DNA of 7,996 nucleotides from an uncultured Gammaproteobacteria bacterium (GTDB lineage: Bacteria > Patescibacteriota > Patescibacteriia > UBA2591 > UBA6264): positions 5,049 to 13,044 of the forward strand of contig CAZDOL010000013.1 in assembly GCA_964507075.1 (NCBI GenBank). Reading direction: 5' to 3'. Shown here one piece after another: positions 5,608-7,996 of the stretch. The translations under genes were made by a program, and so were the position numbers. Within the stretch, counting starts at the first letter, position 1; every line of letters begins with the position of its first letter. The notes beneath the pieces are model-generated. The model did no database searches. It was not told where the DNA came from and worked only from the letters and a program-made list of their open reading frames with translations.

Positions 5608-5633
5608 TAGCAGATAAAGGTCAAGAGTGCTAA
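5607..5633 (+). promoter_or_regulatory. CIRCE-like inverted repeat (putative HrcA operator)
   Basis: The sequence is TTAGCAGAT-aaaggtcaa-GAGTGCTAA; the consensus is TTAGCACTC-N9-GAGTGCTAA. The right arm matches 9/9, the left arm 6/9, and the spacer is exactly 9 nt. The position between the -10 box and groES is the classical one. Confidence 0.6.
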
Positions 5634-5664
5634 TTCTTGTTTAACTTATTAATTAAATTAATTT

Positions 5665-5958
5665 ATGTTAAAACTTAAACCAATGGGTAGTCGGTTAATA
5701 GTTGAACCGATTATTGAAAATGAAGTAAGTAAGGGTGGTATTATTTTACCCGATACCGCTGATAAAGAAAAGCCAATTCAAGGAAAAGTTATTGCTATTG
5801 GTCCAGGGAAGACATTAAGCAATGGACAAAGAGAAATTATAGATTTAAAGGTTGGCAATAAAATTTTATTTGAAAAATACGGCTCTGACGAGTATAAAGT
5901 GGAAGAAAAGGAATTTTTAGTTGTTGATTATGATAAAGTCGTAGCTGTAATAGAATAG
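5665..5958 (+). CDS. groES: Co-chaperonin GroES (Cpn10)
   Basis: 97-aa ORF. Family-typical sequence LKPMGSRLIVEP...SKGGIILPDTA...GKVIAIGPG...LFEKYGSDEYKVEEKEFLVV. It lies directly upstream of groEL. Confidence 0.95.
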   Translation: MLKLKPMGSRLIVEPIIENEVSKGGIILPDTADKEKPIQGKVIAIGPGKTLSNGQREIIDLKVGNKILFEKYGSDEYKVEEKEFLVVDYDKVVAVIE

Positions 5959-5997
5959 GGTAATCGGGTACTTAGGTACTTGGGTAATCAGGATTTA
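5958..5997 (+). repeat. 8-nt periodic degenerate tandem repeat in the groES-groEL spacer
   Basis: The units are GGGTAATC GGGTACTT AGGTACTT GGGTAATC AGGATTTA, read consecutively. The first G is the last base of the groES TAG stop. Confidence 0.6.
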
Positions 5998-6017
5998 TAT
6001 ATTATAATCCCAATCCC

Positions 6018-6041
6018 TAATTAACTAATTAACTAATTAAC
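6018..6041 (+). repeat. Perfect 3x tandem repeat TAATTAAC just upstream of the groEL start
   Basis: The sequence taattaac taattaac taattaac spans 6018-6041 and ends 6 nt before the groEL ATG (6048). Confidence 0.7.
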
Positions 6042-6047
6042 CAGTGT

Positions 6048-7700
6048 ATGTCTAAACAAATTTTATTTGATGAAAAAGCGCGGGCAGCAATGAAGCGCGG
6101 AATAGATAAATTAGCTGCCACCGTGAGAGTAACGTTAGGGCCAATTGGCAGAAGCGTTATTCTAGACAAAGGTTTTGGCTCACCCACCGTCACTAATGAT
6201 GGAGTAACAGTAGCCAAAGAAATTGAGCTAGAAGATAAATATGAAAATGTAGGTGCTCAGCTTTTACAAGAAGTTGCTTCTAAGACCAATGATATTGCTG
6301 GGGACGGAACGTCAACAGCAGTTCTTTTAACTCAGGCAATTTTTGGCGCAGGCCTAAAGAATGTAGCAGCTGGCGCTAATCCATTGGCCATTAGGTCAGG
6401 AATTGAAAAAGGCGTGGCTGCAGTGGTTAAAGAATTGAAAGAAAAAATTTCTAAGCCAGTATCTACTCGCGGAGAAATACAGCAGGTAGCATCAATTTCT
6501 GCTAATAATTTAGAAATTGGTAAAATTATTGCTGAGGCCATGGAAAAAGTAGGAAAAGATGGGGTAATAACTGTTGAAGAATCTCAATCATTCGGATTAG
6601 AATTAGAGGTTACCGAGGGCATGCAGTTTGACCATGGTTATGTTTCTCCTTATATGATTACTAACTCTGAAAAAATGTCTGCTGAATATGAAAATCCCTA
6701 TATTCTAATAACTGACAAAAAGGTTTCCGCTCTTTCAGAAATTTTACCTTTATTAGAAAAAATGGCTCAAGCAGGCAAAAAGGATTTAGTTGTTTTGGCT
6801 GACGATATTGAGGGTGAAGCTTTAGCCACTTTTGTGGTTAATAAGCTGAGAGGAGCTTTTAATGTTTTGGCTGTTAAGGCTCCAGGTTTTGGCGACAGAA
6901 AAAAAGAATTATTGCAAGACATTGCTGCCTTAACTGGTGGAAAAGTGATTTCAGAAGAAGTGGGGTTAAAGTTAGAAAATACAACCTTAAAAGATTTAGG
7001 TCAATCTCGCAGAGTTATTTCCACCAAAGATAACACTACTATTGTTGGCGGCAAAGGACCTAAACAGGCTATTCAGGATAGGATTATTAATATTAAGAGA
7101 GAATTAGAAATAACGACCTCTGATTTTGATAAGGAGAAATTACAAGAAAGATTAGCTAAATTAACTGGTGGAGTAGCTGTGATTAAAGTAGGTGCTGCTA
7201 CTGAAACCGCAATGAAAGAGAAGAAATTTAAGGTTGAAGATGCTGTGCACGCTACTAAGGCAGCAGTAGAAGAGGGCGTTGTTGTCGGAGGAGGAGTGGC
7301 TTTATTAAGGTGTTTGAATGTTTTAGGAGCTTTGATTCTTAAGGGTGATGAAGTTTTGGGAGTAGAAATATTAAAACGAGCCCTAGAAGAACCCTTGCGT
7401 CAAATAGCAGCTAACTCTGGACAAGATTCTTCAGTGGTTGTAGAAAAAGTTAAGCAAGGAAATATGAATTATGGTTATGACGCAGCTAAAAATGAATTTA
7501 AAGATTTGGTAGAAGAAGGCATTGTTGACCCTACTAAGGTTACTCGTACTGCTTTACAAAATGCAGCATCCATTGCTTCTTTGCTTTTAACTACAGAGGC
7601 AATAGTTACTGATTTACCGGAGAAAGATGACAGAGGAAATTCGGGTATGGCTGGTGGAATGCCAGGAGCAGGTATGATGCCCGGTGGAATGGGATACTAA
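6048..7700 (+). CDS. groEL: Chaperonin GroEL (Cpn60)
   Basis: 550-aa ORF with hallmark sequence: [102 protein letters not shown]. It has a Gly/Met-rich C-terminal tail [15 protein letters not shown]. Confidence 0.97.
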   Translation: MSKQILFDEKARAAMKRGIDKLAATVRVTLGPIGRSVILDKGFGSPTVTNDGVTVAKEIELEDKYENVGAQLLQEVASKTNDIAGDGTSTAVLLTQAIFGAGLKNVAAGANPLAIRSGIEKGVAAVVKELKEKISKPVSTRGEIQQVASISANNLEIGKIIAEAMEKVGKDGVITVEESQSFGLELEVTEGMQFDHGYVSPYMITNSEKMSAEYENPYILITDKKVSALSEILPLLEKMAQAGKKDLVVLADDIEGEALATFVVNKLRGAFNVLAVKAPGFGDRKKELLQDIAALTGGKVISEEVGLKLENTTLKDLGQSRRVISTKDNTTIVGGKGPKQAIQDRIINIKRELEITTSDFDKEKLQERLAKLTGGVAVIKVGAATETAMKEKKFKVEDAVHATKAAVEEGVVVGGGVALLRCLNVLGALILKGDEVLGVEILKRALEEPLRQIAANSGQDSSVVVEKVKQGNMNYGYDAAKNEFKDLVEEGIVDPTKVTRTALQNAASIASLLLTTEAIVTDLPEKDDRGNSGMAGGMPGAGMMPGGMGY

Positions 7701-7701
7701 A

Positions 7702-7733
7702 AAAGTTTGGTGGCCCCCGAGCCACCAAACTTT
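7702..7733 (+). other. Perfect 13-bp stem-loop immediately after the groEL stop (no U-tract)
   Basis: The arm aaagtttggtggc (7702-7714) pairs with gccaccaaacttt (7721-7733) across a 6-nt loop ccccga. No T-run follows it. It is therefore more likely an mRNA 3' stabiliser or processing structure than a terminator in its own right. Confidence 0.5.
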
Positions 7734-7749
7734 AAGCCACCAAACTTTA
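7721..7749 (+). repeat. Direct duplication of the hairpin 3' arm (gccaccaaacttta x2)
   Basis: The 14-nt sequence gccaccaaacttta occurs at 7721-7734 and again at 7736-7749, separated by one base. Confidence 0.7.
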
Positions 7750-7758
7750 ATAAAAGGG

Positions 7759-7790
7759 AATAAGGCGGTAATCCAACCGCCTTATTTTTT
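7759..7790 (+). terminator. Rho-independent terminator of groESL, possibly bidirectional
   Basis: The stem aataaggcggt (7759-7769) pairs with accgccttatt (7776-7786) across a 6-nt loop. A T-run extends to 7790. On the opposite strand the hairpin is followed by ttcccttttatt, so it could also terminate the convergent gene ending at 7805. Confidence 0.8.
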
Positions 7791-7804
7791 GTCTAAAATT
7801 TCTC

Positions 7805-7996
7805 TTATTTTTTTCTGCCGGTTAAAGTTAACCAGAGGTTAAAGCCACCAACAATGGCGAGTCCTCCCCATGCCCAATAAAAGGCATGGTCAATCACAAA
7901 AGTGATATATGGCAGTGGCTCCAGTTGTTTTGGTACATAGAATATTGCAGCAATGAGTCCAAGAACCGCAAAAATCCCGAACCCAATTGCCCCCCA
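7805..7996 (-). CDS. 3' end of a membrane-protein gene of unassigned family (5' part lies outside the window)
   Basis: My own reverse-strand translation is stop-free from the window edge: WGAIGFGIFAVLGLIAAIFYVPKQLEPLPYITFVIDHAFYWAWGGLAIVGGFNLWLTLTGRKK*. The stop is TAA (complement of 7805-7807). The peptide contains two hydrophobic helix-like stretches and a basic tail. This ORF is absent from the supplied ORF track, presumably because it has no start in the window. Confidence 0.55.
   Translation of the reverse strand, partial: WGAIGFGIFAVLGLIAAIFYVPKQLEPLPYITFVIDHAFYWAWGGLAIVGGFNLWLTLTGRKK

Noticed and set aside
5596-5624. Minus-strand promoter for the thioredoxin-like operon using TTGACC (complement of 5619-5624) inside the CIRCE right arm.
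   Set aside because: No acceptable -10 hexamer lies at 16-18 nt spacing. The best candidates are TAAATA at 15 nt and TATAAA at 13 nt. The divergent promoter therefore remains unidentified.
5958-6041. Short tandem repeats in the groES-groEL spacer considered as a CRISPR array or mobile-element end.
   Set aside because: The units are only 8 nt and directly adjacent with no spacers. No cas genes or transposase are nearby. This is simple-sequence or structured UTR, not CRISPR or IS.
7650-7700. Gly/Met-rich repetitive C-terminus of GroEL ([15 protein letters not shown]).
   Set aside because: This is the normal GGM-type tail of bacterial GroEL and is not an anomaly.

Overview
This is an AT-rich bacterial window. 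The composition, the lack of Shine-Dalgarno motifs and the N-terminally anchored enzymes resemble small-genome uncultivated lineages such as CPR/Patescibacteria, but that placement is inference only. From left to right the window holds the following. (1) A truncated degenerate repeat tract, G+C-richer than the rest (1-93). (2) A two-gene AmmeMemoRadiSam locus on the + strand: the radical SAM enzyme AmrS (99-1217) and a Memo-like AmrB fused to an AMMECR1-like AmrA (1239/1275-2807). (3) A convergent minus-strand two-gene operon. It encodes an exported thioredoxin-fold CxxC protein (5552->5034) and a 750-aa protein of about 14 TM helices with a central spermidine-synthase-like domain (5026->2774). 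The 3' end of the second gene overlaps the amrB-amrA gene by 34 bp. (4) A near-consensus sigma70-type promoter plus a CIRCE-like operator. (5) groES (5665-5958) and groEL (6048-7700), separated by a long repeat-structured spacer. (6) A stem-loop, a duplicated arm and a canonical intrinsic terminator. (7) The 3' end of a minus-strand membrane-protein gene (7805-7996). No mobile element, CRISPR array, tRNA or rRNA is visible. Two loci are most worth follow-up. One is the compacted, apparently membrane-tethered AmmeMemoRadiSam system, whose function is uncharacterised to my knowledge. The other is the thioredoxin-like/SpeE-like membrane operon, whose catalytic-type domain is predicted by charge distribution to face outward and has lost the aminopropyltransferase Gly-loop Asp.
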